Shown here piece after piece: positions 46,217-58,223 of a stretch of 64,000 bases of DNA. The stretch comes from Eutreptiella sp. 'Long Island Sound 2002' (lineage: Eukaryota; Protista; Euglenida). The notes under the pieces are model-generated. The model searched no databases. It worked only from the letters and a program-made list of their open reading frames with translations, and had not been told where the DNA came from. Position 1 is the first letter of the stretch; each line of letters starts with the position of its first letter. The translations under genes were made by a program, and so were the position numbers. The stretch spans positions 141,112,001 to 141,176,000 of the forward strand of contig OZ038378.1 in NCBI GenBank assembly GCA_964036045.1, given 5' to 3'.

Positions 46217-46768
46217 GTGTTGTATTGTATTGTAGTGTAGTGTATTGTAGTGTAGTGTAGTGTAGTGTAGTGTAGTGTAGTGTAGTGTAGTGTAGTGTAG
46301 TGTATTGTAGTGTAGTGTAGTGTAGTGTAGTGTAGTGTAGTGTAGTGTACTGTAGTGTAGTGTAGAGTAGTGTAGTGTAGTGTACTGTAGTGTAGTGTAG
46401 TGTAGTGTAGTGTAGTGTAGTGTAGTGTAGTGTAGTGTAGTGTAGTGTAGTGTAGTGTAGTGTAGTGTAGTGTAGTGTAGTGTAGTGTAGTGTAGTGTAC
46501 TGTAGTGTAGTGTAGAGTAGTGTAGTGTAGTGTACTGTAGTGTAGTGTAGTGTAGTGTAGTGTAGTGTAGTGTAGTGTAGTGTAGTGTAGTGTAGTGTAG
46601 TGTAGTGTAGTGTAGTGTAGTGTAGTGTAGTGTAGTGTAGTGTAGTGTAGTGTAGTGTAGTGTAGTGTAGTGTAGTGTGGTGTAGTGTAGTGTAGTGTAT
46701 TGTATTGTATTGTATTGCATTGCATTGCAGTGCAGTGCATTGCATTGCATTGTATTGTATTGTATTGT
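46217..46768. repeat. (TGTAG)n pentanucleotide microsatellite with TGTAT/TGCAT edges
   Basis: Direct inspection. Confidence 0.99.
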
Positions 46769-46811
46769 AATGGGTTGTATTCCGACAGAAGCCCGAGACG
46801 CACACTCCCAC

Positions 46812-46949
46812 CTCTGCCTTCAAAGTGACCACATTGGCTTGCTGTTCACGTTTGGCAATGAACGGGAGCTTGCGGTTGGTGTATCGGGTGCCGATCTCGT
46901 CCCCGTTTCCTTCGCCAACGTGGGCCGATCTCTCAAGGAGCCGCATTGC
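46812..46949 (-). CDS. Candidate WD40 gene exon 10
   Basis: tgttgtttccag|AMRLLERSAHVGEGNGDEIGTRYTNRKLPFIAKREQQANVVTLKAE|gtggga. 138 bp, phase 0-0, strong pyrimidine tract. Confidence 0.6.
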
Positions 46950-47727
46950 CTGGAAACAACAGACACCAGAGCGGGGCTGCAGGACTCCCCCGTGCCAACA
47001 CGACCACCGTCCCTTACATTGAGTCTCTTGTGTACTCCGGTGACAAATTGTGGTGACACACGCCGGCGAGTCGTGCGCGCGCGTCGCCATGTGTCATGCT
47101 GTGGTATTGCACACACACCCGCAACAAATGGGCGTGATCAACTGCCCGCAGCCCACCAGGAGAGGCATGCGGCATGACGGCTGGCAACCTCACGCACGCA
47201 CATTCGCGCAGGTCCGTCATGCGTCGCACAGGTGTCACACCCAACAAAGTACGGTACGCTGCCCGCAATGCACGACATCAAAAGGGCATGGCATTTGAGC
47301 GTGGGTCGCTTGAGCCGCTGGTCCACTGCGTACCCCAACGGCACCTTTCAGGCGCGGTGCATTCCCCCGGTCCATGATCCAACGTGGCGGTGCATGGGGC
47401 AACTACGCACGTCCGGGGCACAGGGCGGTGCTGCTCCTCTGAATATGGACCACCATGAGTGGCTTTCGCCCCGCCATATGTGTTCTCCCGCCTTTCAAAA
47501 CAGAATAGTGGCATTAAAGTGACCATCGGCCCGGCAGCACCCGCGTAGCGCTGCCGTGGCAGCTGCGTACCCCCACCGCCGGACACGCAGCACGAGCGCA
47601 TCGGCCACCGCCCGACCCACGTCCTGGACCACCGCCGAGGGGATGAAGGCGGGGAGGGGGCACATGGGGGACCCCTCCGCCCGCGACCAGTGGTCTGCGG
47701 CCCCGGAAAGGGGGGCCGAACACGCAC

Positions 47728-47772
47728 CGCATCAGTGCCGACGTTGACCACCATCAGCGAGTCACCCGCGCA
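47728..47772 (-). CDS. Candidate WD40 gene micro-exon 9
   Basis: gtag|CAGDSLMVVNVGTDA|gtgcgt. 45 bp, phase 0-0, supported by splice signals and frame only. Confidence 0.5.
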
Positions 47773-47899
47773 CTACGGCACCGGTAGCACCCCCGCCCCG
47801 CCCCCCCCCGCCCCCCCCCCCCCCCCGCCGGGCTCCACGGCACGCCCCCCCCCCCCCTCACCTCGGCGCCGCACCCGCCCATGGCCCCGCCCTCCGCAC

Positions 47900-48124
47900 C
47901 TGCATCATGTTGTGGATCTCCTCCCGGCGGTCGTGCCCCTCGCGTTCCTGCTTCGTCGGGAGCTGGGGGAGCGGGTCCTCACGCAGGAGTTGGGAGGACC
48001 CCTGGTACGAGGGGGTCTGGTGGTAGGCGACCATTTTCGAGAGCACTTCGTTGGAGATGGGCTTCCCAAGCAGCGCTGCCTCCGGGTCGATCCACGTGCT
48101 GGGGTCCTCAAGGTCCCACTTGCC
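47900..48124 (-). CDS. WD40 protein exon 8 (C-terminal tail)
   Basis: cag|GKWDLEDPSTWIDPE...EEIHNMMQ|gtgcgg. 225 bp. The join gives G-x-FGQ-x-x-x-x-W, as recalled for WDR49/WDR64-type C-termini. Confidence 0.85.
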
Positions 48125-49349
48125 CTGTGGCCGCAACACATGACCCCCTGTGCCGCTGGCTACAGCCACGAGCACGCGCGCAAACCCTTCACAGGCGGCA
48201 ATCAGGGCACGTCGCGGCCGCCCCTTGTGCCCTACCTGACCCCCCCGCCACCACCACCGGAGGGTGCAGCCTGTCCCGCAAGGCAAAGGTGGTGGTTCCA
48301 ATTCATTTTCTGTTGAGGCCGGGGCAAGAAAAAGAAGCGACAGGATGCGCGGTTTGCTGCCCCATGATGCAGGACACCAATGAGCAGGCACATGGGTACT
48401 GCAACACCACCGTGAAAAAAAAAATATGGCATGACGGTTTGGAAGGAGTATCAGTCTTTCAGTGGGCCATGCAAAGCGCCGGAAATCTGGCGCCACTAGT
48501 GGTCTCGTCTGAAGACAAGGCGTGGCAGTAGTTTCGTCGCCCCAGCGCATCCGAGAGGGTGATCATGCCGTTTGTAAAGGGGTGAGTGGAAAGCCCCTCA
48601 CCTTTTGAGTGCGTGCGGCCAACGTGCAGAGCGTCCGGGTGTTGAAACATGTGCACTGGTGGTCCCCTCCGCTGCCTGAGTTGATGGCGCCTGCCATGAC
48701 TGTGCAGGGCAGTGGCAACTGGGCCCACCCTGCCCATATTTCAGGTCGTGCACCACTGAGATCTCAGTGCATCAGCATGATTGTGTTGACGTGCCGACAA
48801 AGGGCGGCAGGCTTCTGGAAAAGCGACGCCTTCTCTCCAGAAATTTGTGACCTTGTGGACCGCAAGAATGCTGCCCTTCCCCGCACCCTGTGGCACCCTG
48901 TGGCACAAGAACTTGAAATGACGACCGGTTGTCGCATCGCTCGGGAGGCACACCACAAATCAAAATCGCCTCCGAATTCCCACCACCGCCCGCGTTCTGC
49001 AGAGCAACGGGACAAGGCATGATGCCCGTTGGTCTGCGGTGTCCAAAGAGGCCCCTCCGTTGGGCATCACGGATGGTGTAGATCGGGGCCGGGGGTAGAG
49101 GATTGTGTGGCAGAATGCGTGCACTGCGCCGGCCCTGAGCATGCCACATTTGTGGATGCCCCTGTCAAAGCGTGAGTGTGTGCCGGGCTGCCCGTGGGAG
49201 AGGGCGTGCAATGCAGAAGCACAAGGGAAACGTGTTGTGGGCGGGCTGGGGCCTGGGACTGAAAGGCTCCGGGATAAGGTCTGCGGCACCTCTGAGAAGG
49301 GGCACACAGCAGAGGAAGCGACGGCCGTCCGGGGGCCACAGGGCACGAC

Positions 49350-49505
49350 CTGGCATTGCCCAAAGGCCCCGACGTGGGCCCCGGAGGTGGTGAACAGATT
49401 GACGGCGGTGTCGGAGCCGCACGTCAAAATCTGGTCCCGGTTGTCCATGTACACGACGCCCTCTACAAAAGTCTCGTGGGCCTTGAAGCAGCTGATCATG
49501 CTGAC
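49350..49505 (-). CDS. WD40 protein exon 7
   Basis: tag|VSMISCFKAHETFVEGVVYMDNRDQILTCGSDTAVNLFTTSGAHVGAFGQCQ|gtcgtg. 156 bp, last clear WD repeat. Confidence 0.9.
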
Positions 49506-52228
49506 CTAACGGACAGGGGACAACGTGGAGCCACAAAAGCAGATACTTCTCGGGGACGCCATCTGGCCAACGCACCGCACTGCCCGCCATTCAGCCGCTG
49601 GTTGCCTCCTGTCGGCCTCAGCGGTCGGCAGCGAAGCAGGAGGAGGGCGACCACAAGATAACAGAAGCAGAGGCAGGGCAAAGCACTGGTTCGAGAGAAC
49701 CTTTTCTGTGAAAGGGGGTGGCGAGCAGGGCTGAGGGCGGGCGGCAGAGCCTTGGAAAACAGCCTCTGCAAACCATAGCAACAGGGCCCTGCAGAGGGTG
49801 TGCCGTTCTGTGGAGGGCAGTAATGCTTCTGTGCTCAGGGGTACCACGGTCGTGCCCTCATGGTCCTCAGGTCGGGGCCGGTGGTTCCCCCTTGGAGCAC
49901 GCTCCTCGGAGCGCCGGCGGCCCTCTGCATTGTTGGACTGGCGGACAGGCACCCCACGGCAGTCACCAGCCTCCTGTGCCCGCCGGGTTAACACTCCCGA
50001 CCTTCGGCACGGGAGGCTCCGTGCTGCGGGGGGCGTTGCCCCAGCTCGAGCGCAGCGAGGTGCGACCTGCCGACCGTGGGCACCCATCGTCCAGGAGGTC
50101 CGGACCCCAGTTGCTTGGAGGATTGCCTTGCCGATGAGTTGGCCCAGCCGTAGTCAGCCCCGCCCCCCTCCCAGACTGGACCGGGGTTCGAACACATCAC
50201 CTTGCGGTCACAAGTCCTGTGTGTTGCCCGACTCAGCTATTGGGGATCCCTACTGTACTGTAGAGGCTATGCTGTAGGCCGAGGGCAGGTCTCTACACAA
50301 GGGATAGGGTCATACACCAGCGGCAGCGCTAATCACAAAAGGGAGGGTTGTACACAAAGATGCGCAGGCGGAGAAGGAGATGCAACCAATGGTGGACGTG
50401 TCGGCAACACCCGCGGCTGTAGAGCCGAGGCGGGGGGGGGGGACCCCCGGATCGGAAGGTGTGTGCAGGGATACACACACGCACAATGCCCCCCTGTGTG
50501 ACATTCCGTCTGGTTGTTATTTCTTTACGGGGCCCTGGACAGTCACCCGTTCTTCCCTTCGCATGTTGCGTCGGGTTCCTGCTTTCTATCGGCCGCTGCG
50601 GCCGGTGCTCTTGCTAGTGTCGTTCGCGGAGCCCAGTGGTTGGTGTGCTGGGGCTGTGCTGGATGTGGCATGGTGTGCCGTTTGCGCGTCAGTGGCGCCC
50701 AGTAGTTGGCATATTGAGGTTGTGCCGGTTGTTGCCGGGGTCGTTTGACTGTTTTTGCTGTCCACGCGCCTCTGTCCACAGGCCGTCCATAACCTGCCTC
50801 GCTGTGTTTCTGTGTGTGTGAGGCCCAAGTGCCCTGCTCCTCCACGCGTTGTCCCGGCCATCCAGCATAGGTCCCGTTCCACCTCATGGCTGGTCTGCCC
50901 CTGGTGGGCTCCCGCTCCTATTGCGCAAACAGCCTATCTGGGCTGCCGGAGACACCCCACACCTGATGCCGGTAGAGCAGGGGTGCCCTGGCACCCAGTA
51001 GCTGGCTGGCCAGGCCATCCCCTTTGTTGTCGCTGCCTCCCATGCGCACGCTCTCCCATCCCCTCCATTCTGGTTCCCTGTCCTGGTTGCCGCTCCTGCA
51101 CCCCTCCTCCTTGTCTGCTGTGCCCGCCCTCGTCCCTCCTGGTGTGGCTCCCGCGTTCTGTGTGTCTGTGTTGCTCCTCCCCCTGTCTGTTGGCGCTCCT
51201 GGGTGCCCCTTTTGCGCACCCACTCCTGCCCCCTCCGTACGTGGATTTTACGTCTCTGTACGACGTTGACTGTCTTGCACGCAGTTGGCTGGTCACGGCC
51301 CTGTTGCCACCCCCATGGTGGGCACCTCCCCACGCGCGGGGCGCAGCCCCCACTTGTGGAGTTCGCGGGCACCTTGTAGAGGGAGGGGGGGGCTTGTTTG
51401 CTGATGGCTCACTCGGCGTGTTGCTGTGTGTGGGACGGCCCTGCGCCCAGTTGCACACCTCCCCCCCACACGCTATCTACCTCCCCCCAACCGTGTCCAG
51501 CAAACAATCAAGTCCTCAAGAAATTACAGTCCGAACAGGAGAATTCATTGGGCATGCCGTTCGGTACTCAATTAATTCGGTACCTAAACCCGGTACCTGA
51601 TTAATTAAGTCGTAAGAAAAGACAGTCCGAACGCAACTCATCTTTTTGGGTCCATACATTTTGCCCTCACCTGCAAACCACCAGGTCACAGAAACAGGAA
51701 ACACGGAGGAATGCTCATTGTCATCGAATTCTTCATCAAAGATCAATCAGAGCTGGACTCACTTGAGCTGAACTCAATATTGTCATCCTCTTCTGAACTG
51801 GAAGAGGAACTAGAAGAATCTGAGTTGCCATTGGTGTGTTCAGAAAAAGTGTGGAACATGCTTTCCGTGCAGCATTGTATCCCTCTTGCCTTTTCTTCCC
51901 ACTCCATCTATCTTGAAAGCCAAAATAGGGAGAATCGCGGTTACAACATCGTCGCATTTTGTGCGGGGGCACGGTTGGGCCGGGATGCCAAAGAACGCAC
52001 TTATGGGACGCTGCTACATGATATCTGCAACACAGAGAAGAAATGATACGAGTGGAATGACCAAGAACCCTGCTCTCGGTGTGCCACAGGTGCGGGAGGG
52101 AAAAAGTGGCCCAAACGAAAAAAGGTTCCCAGAACACTGATTCTTATGTGATTTAGAGCGAGGGGGGAGGGGACCCCCCCCTCCGCCGAAATGAAAATTA
52201 AAGCAACACCCTGGGGGGGGGGGGGTAC

Positions 52229-52501
52229 CTGGTTTGGGGCCCAGCTCTTTCGAGGCTGCACGGCAGACACGTCCAGACATATGACCCAGCCCCCGTCATC
52301 GCCCGCCACGATGGTGTTGTTGTCGTGGCTCGCGTGGACACGGAACAAGCCGAGCTGGACGCCGGGTGGTGCCACACGAATTGCTGTCTGATTCCGCTTG
52401 AGATTGTATTTCTTATTGACGTCCCACAGGTATACGAGATTGTTGCCCATGACGGCCACCAGCAGCTCCTTCTTATCAAGCCACACAAGCGCTTCTATCC
52501 C
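52229..52501 (-). CDS. WD40 protein exon 6
   Basis: cag|GIEALVWLDKKELLVAVMGNNLVYLWD..IVAGDDGGWVICLDV..WAPNQ|gtaccc. 273 bp. Confidence 0.9.
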
Positions 52502-52756
52502 CTGCAATAGTGCAATTCGGGGGGGGGGGGGGGGGGCAGAACGGATTACCTTCCACGTGCACCCGTTTGTGCCCAGACGCACACACAGATGTGAAGAGCC
52601 GGATCCCACGTGCAGAGCGAGGAACAAAGCGTTGGAAGGGATCACGCATGTGGTTCTGAATGGCTTGTGATGCCCTCGTTAGTACCCAATGCTCAAATCA
52701 GACAGAAGAAGTTGCGGCATAGGCACCTCTCTGCGACAGTGCAAACAATCCAATGA

Positions 52757-52766
<10 letters not shown>

Positions 52767-52788
<22 letters not shown>
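52767..52788. repeat. (CA)n microsatellite, intronic
   Basis: Direct inspection. Confidence 0.95.
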
Positions 52789-52790
<2 letters not shown>

Positions 52791-54117
52791 CGTGAGGAGA
52801 TCAAGCGCACAGCGGAAGCAGAGCACTGATCGTAAAAACAGCTCGTCAGGCCAACATCAAATGAAAGCCATGGAGGCTAGGCGCCTTTCTGATGGACAGT
52901 GGTGATAAATGTGCACAGGGTATCAGCACGATGGGTTGGGACAGTGCCAAGTATCAGCATTAACCGTAACGAGAGTATTTACAGTTCGTTCTCACTGCCT
53001 ACAATGTTCAGAGGTCTGATCTGGGGTCCACGATTAGTTTAGAGATTAGTTTAGACGGTCGCACTGTGGGCAGTGGGCACTGCAGCCTGATGAAATGGGG
53101 CGGTCCAGACACACGCGCGTGCGCACACACAAACACACAATTCCGAGGAAGCAAAGTACGACCCGACATCAGTTGAAACAGGGCTATTGATGGGCCGTGC
53201 ATTGCATCCATCTCTGACCCCTGCTCCTGTCAGAAAACAGGCGGTGCACCGGTGAAAAGGGCTCTGAGGGCCTGGCCATCCAAAACTGTCGCACAGGTGG
53301 CACCAAAAGCGCAGGGACACTTTTTATGTCGAGCATTTCTTTCAGCACGTGGGGTACGCCCTCGCCACGGGACAGCGCGATGGGCAGGCGAAGGTGGTTG
53401 GGTCTGCGCTGCTGCCGCTCCCTGAGGCCTGACTTCCCGTTCCCGGCGTCCGGGTGCCGGGGTCTATCCGTCCGCCAGATTCGTCTGTTGAACTTGATGC
53501 ACTGAGCCGGGCACAGCGAGTGAATGTGAGCCGCGGCAAAGAGGGGGTTGGAATGTCCGCGGGGAAGGCGAGGACCGTTCGGGGGGTGGGGGTGGTGGGG
53601 TGTCCAGGCCTGGCGGGCCGCAACACGGGGGCGCCCACACTACCTTGCACCGCCGTCGACTGCAGGCCTGTCCTGAGCGACTGCGGAGGGATTTCCCCCA
53701 AGTGGCGCTCACTTCGTCCGATGGCTTGAACTTCACAGAGATGAAGGACATTTGCAAAGACTCCGTCATTACGGCAGTCGCGACCCTCATGTCCAAAGGG
53801 GTGCGGGACAAGTTGAGCGAGCTCCTATTCTACATCCCCCAAGAGGTATGGAGTCTATAGCCCAGCTGCTGCTTCCCTCTGTGTGGAACTACCAATCCCC
53901 AGTGCCCACATGACCCCTTTGGGTGGACAGGACAATGGCGGCCAGACGCACAGGCCGAACCACCGTCCGCCATGGCTGATGACACACATGGGGCCCCGCT
54001 GCCACGCACCAACCCTCGTCAGGCACTGATCACTGCACGCCCCTTTGCTCTCGTCCGCCCCGCCGGTGCAGCGCTGGCGCTGATCCTCGGGGGGGCGGGG
54101 GGGGGTCCACTGCGACC

Positions 54118-54265
54118 AGAGAGGCATGGAAGGGACGGGACCTCAGAGGCAGCCCAAGAAGCAGTTAGACAGGCGGTTGGAGCATGTTGTGAAAGCGGTT
54201 GGGGGCGGTTGCTGTCGGTTACAAATACCATTGAAGCTGACACTTGCCGTCAGTGAGACAGAGGC
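54118..54265. mobile_element. Partial, inverted copy of the same MITE family
   Basis: AGACAGGCGGTTGGAG..AAGCGGTTGGGGGCGGTT.CTGTCGGTTACAAAT.CCATTGA.GCTG.CACTTGCCGTCAG is the reverse complement of 58700-58844. Confidence 0.8.
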
Positions 54266-54395
54266 TGCGCCCCACCCTCCACCATCGATCATCTGGTGTT
54301 TGCACAGCCATTCCCGGCGACGAGGCACTTCTGGACACCCGCACACACGCCGTCCCTGCGTGTGTGACACCGCATGCCCTGGGGCAGCACCGCAC

Positions 54396-54749
54396 CTTCA
54401 CGGCCTTCTGGCCGAACAGGGTCCGCATCACGTCCTCCTCGTCGCTGAACTCGGCGGACATGCGCTGCACCGCCCGGCCGGGCATACTGCCGTGCACGTA
54501 CGCGTCGTGCGCCCGAGCCTTGGGGTGCACCTTCAGCTCCGTTTCCAGAGCACCCGTGATGATGTTCATGAGGATGACGGTCCCTCGGCACGTACCCAGG
54601 GCCGTGTGGTTGGGGCGGATGGGGGCAATGGACAGCACGCTGACCCCGTTCGCCATCCTGCGCTCCCGCACGACCCGGTGGTACGACTCGTCGGAGTCGT
54701 CGTAGATGACGATGCGGTCACCGTAGGAGACGTAAAACTGCCGGATGGC
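54396..54749 (-). CDS. WD40 protein exon 5
   Basis: cag|AIRQFYVSYGDRIVIYD..ALGTCRGTVILMNIITG..QKAVK|gtgcgg. 354 bp. Confidence 0.9.
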
Positions 54750-55656
54750 CTGGGGGAGGGGGCGGGCATGTCCTTTGTCGCCAAAACAGGGCCAGCAACT
54801 CGGACACTGGGTTTGCGGTAGAGCTGGACTGTGCTTGTCTGTTCCAGGACGTTTTATTACTTCAAATGACAAAAAACAAACTCGGACCATCTTCACTTGG
54901 ACGGCACTTGAAGGGCAACGGCGCGGTTGAAGGATGTGCAACGACGGTTGGAGGTGAACGCAGTGGCAGGGTAACCGTTGGCAGCTTTGAAGGCCTTGTT
55001 TTGCCTCATGGCCCCATGGCACCTGTACCACTGGGCCGGCGTTCCAGCGCAGTGACTCAGCGCCGAGGTCCTGCCCGAGGTGCCCATACAAAGAAGCCGC
55101 CGCCCGGGCTGGATTTTGCTTGGACACATGGGCCAGCGCCCGGGCCGGGGTTTGCCTGTACGAATGGGGCGGTGTATAGCCGGGCAAAGGCCCTGGCATA
55201 TTGCCTTTCATCAACCCTCACCTCACCTCAACATGAGCCGATGGCACGCGCCTGTGTGCTTTTTGGCGGGGTTCGGGCCAGGGTTTTTCTTAACCGGGAA
55301 GGGGGGGGGGGGGGTGATTTCAAAGACCTACCCTCCCAGAGTTTTGGAAAAACAGGGGACCCAGACATGTGCCACCCCTGTGGGGGGGGGGGGGGGTATT
55401 GGACCCCACCTGCAGGCAGAACCTTTTTTGTCAGTGCCTTTGGAGCCGACCCCCCCCCCTCATAAAAAATGTCCCACCACAACGGGGGAAAAGGGGGGGA
55501 GGGGGGGGGTGTGGAAACCCCACCCGCCCAGAAGCCCCCCCCCTCCGGTAGAGTAGGGCACGCACTAAGAAAACCCCGGGTTCGGGCCGTGCGGGAGAGT
55601 CCAAAACGGATGGTGCGCGCGCGCGCGTCAAACGCACTGCCGGTCTGTCGGGGCAC

Positions 55657-56097
55657 CTGCTCCTCCTTCACGATGTAGCAGATGGACTTGATCTCCCAGT
55701 TGCTGTTCTCCGGCGGGGCGAAGTGCTTGAGGAACGTGCCGTTCGTGTAGTTCCACGCGTTGAAGACGCCGTGCACGGAGCCCGTCAGGACGCGGGCCTC
55801 CATCTTGTCCCACGCGCACGCCGAGACGGGCTGCGGGACGTGGAACGACGTGGCCTTGGCCCCGGTCGCCGGGTCCCAAATGTTGACGACGCGTGCGTCC
55901 AGCGACACGACCTGATCGAAGACGGGGCTGTAGAGCACCCCGACGCACGGGACGGTGTGCCCCTCGTACCCCGCGCCGTAGTGGCGGCCGGTGTGGGTCA
56001 GGGACCAGACCTCCGGGTGCGTCGACACCCCCACGACGCGCGCGCGGCACTCGTCGAAGAGCATCGCAGTGATCGTGTGCTCGGACCGGGCGCTGTT
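55657..56097 (-). CDS. WD40 protein exon 4
   Basis: cag|NSARSEHTITAMLFD..GHTVPCVGVLYSPVFDQVVSLD..NIWD..LTGSVHGVFNAWNYTNG..KEEQ|gtgccc. 441 bp. Confidence 0.92.
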
Positions 56098-56313
56098 CTG
56101 CACGACAGGAGGCGTGCGCGGGCGGCCTGCTGCGCCCCACCGGCAAACAAACGGAAGCGCACCCACGTGCAACACAGCGTCAGATCGTCCCCAATACCAC
56201 AGCGCCTCCGCCGCACAAGGTGCCTTGCCCACAGCCATACAGCACCTCAGCGTCAAGCGCAAGGGCGGACCATGCGCCCTCTGCACCCCCCTTCGGGGCA
56301 TGTGGCCCCTCGC

Positions 56314-57632
56314 CCATGGACGCACCCCCGTGTCCATGGACGCACCCCCGTGTCCATGGACTCACCCCCTTGTCCATGGACGCACCCCCGTGTCCATGGA
56401 CGCACCCCCGTGTCCATGGACGCACCCCCGTGTCCATGGACGCACCCCCGTGTCCATGGACTCACCCCCTTGTCCATGGACGCACCCCCGTGTCCATGGA
56501 CGCACCCCCATGTCCATGGACGCACCCCCGTGTCCATGGACGCACCGCCGTGTCCCTGGACGCACCCCCGTGCCCATGGACGCACCCCCTTGTCCATGGA
56601 CGCACCCCCGTGTCCATGGACGCACCCCCGTGTCCATGGACGCACCCCCTTGTCCATGGATGCACCCCCGTGTCCATGGACGCACCCCCGTGTCCATGGA
56701 CGCACCCCCGTGTCCATGGATGCACCCCCTTGTCCATGGACGCACCCCCATGTCCATGGACGCACCCCCTTGTCCATGGACTCACCCCCTCGTCCAGGGA
56801 CGCACCCCCATGTCCATGGACGCACCCCCATGTCCATGGACGCACCGCCGTGTCCATGGACGCACCGCCGTGTCCCTGGACGCACCCCCTTGTCCATGGA
56901 CGCACCCCCGTGTCCATGGACGCACCCCCATGTCCATGGACGCACCCCCGTGTCCATGGACGCACCCCCGTGTCCATGGACGCACCCCCGTGTCCATGGA
57001 CGCACCCCCTTGTCCATGGACGCACCCCCGTGTCCATGGACGCACCCCCGTGTCCATGGACTCACCCCCTTGTCCATGGACGCACCCCCGTGTCCATGGA
57101 CGCACCCCCATGTCCATGGACGCACCCCCGTGTCCATGGACGCACCCCCTTGTCCATGGACGCACCCCCGTGTCCATGGACGCACCCCCATGTCCATGGA
57201 CGCACCCCCCTGTCCATGGACGCACCGCCGTGTCCCTGGACGCACCCCCGTGTCCATGGACGCACCCCCTTGTCCATGGACGCAACCCCTTGTCCATGGA
57301 CGCACCCCCGTGTCCATGGACGCACCCCCTTGTCCATGGACGCACCCCCTTGTCCATGGACGCACCCCCTTGTCCATGGACGCACCCCCGTGTCCATGGA
57401 CGCACCCCCGTGTCCATGGATGCACCCCCTTGTCCATGGACGCACCCCCGTGTCCATGGACGCACCCCCGTGTCCATGGACTCACCCCCTCGTCCAGGGA
57501 CGCACCCCCATGTCCATGGACGCACCCCCATGTCCATGGACGCACCCCCGTGTCCATGGACGCACCGCCGTGTCCATGGACGCACCCCCGCGTCCATGGA
57601 CGCACCCCCGTGTCCATGGGCGCACCCCTGTG
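56314..57632. repeat. 20 bp minisatellite (CCATGGACGCACCCCC[G/T/A]TGT), ~65 copies, intronic
   Basis: Strict 20 bp periodicity is visible line to line. It fills most of the intron between exons 3 and 4. Confidence 0.99.
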
Positions 57633-57687
57633 CCTCAATCGCCACGACCCCCGCCCCAAAACCCACTCCGACACGCAGACGCCGGAC

Positions 57688-58118
57688 CTGAATCTGCTCC
57701 AAGGCCTTGAACATCCGCAGGTCCCAAACGGTCAGGATCTTGTCCTGGGACCACGTGACCAGCTGCCCCCCGCCCACGTTGAAGCAGCTGCAGAGGACGG
57801 GCGCGGCGCACTCGAACTGGTACACGGGCCCGGCGTTCCAGGGGTTCCAGAGCTGCACCGTGCGCTCGGCCCCGGTGGTCGCCAGCAGCTTCAGGCCCCC
57901 GTTCCACTGGAAGTCCAGCATGGCCTTGCTCATGGCCTCCGCCGCCTTCAGGGTCCGCACCACCTTCCCCTCCTCCGGGTCCCAGATCTGGAGGGTCCGG
58001 TCCCACGACGCAGAGACGCAGCCGGACAGCGCCTCGACGTACTCGATCTTGGAGACGGCCGCCGTGTGGACCGCAATGCGTGACGACGCCTTTTGGGACT
58101 GCAGCCCAAAGACACCTC
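57688..58118 (-). CDS. WD40 protein exon 3
   Basis: ccccag|..HTAAVSKIEY..SASWDRTLQIWD..ATTGAERTVQLWNPW..TWSQDKILTVWDLRMFKALEQIQ|gtccgg. 431 bp, phase 1-0. The acceptor could instead be ~19 nt further in. Confidence 0.9.
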
Positions 58119-58223
58119 CTGGGGACCAACAAACGGTCCGACGGGATCGAGGACCTGCCTGGCCGCGGGAGGGGGCGGGTTCGCGGGACCCACCCACGCA
58201 GGCATCGGCCTGGCGTCTGCACC

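Noticed and set aside
45565-47090. HYTTL-repeat ORFs
   Set aside because: Translation of (CTACA)n; the opposite strand is full of stops.
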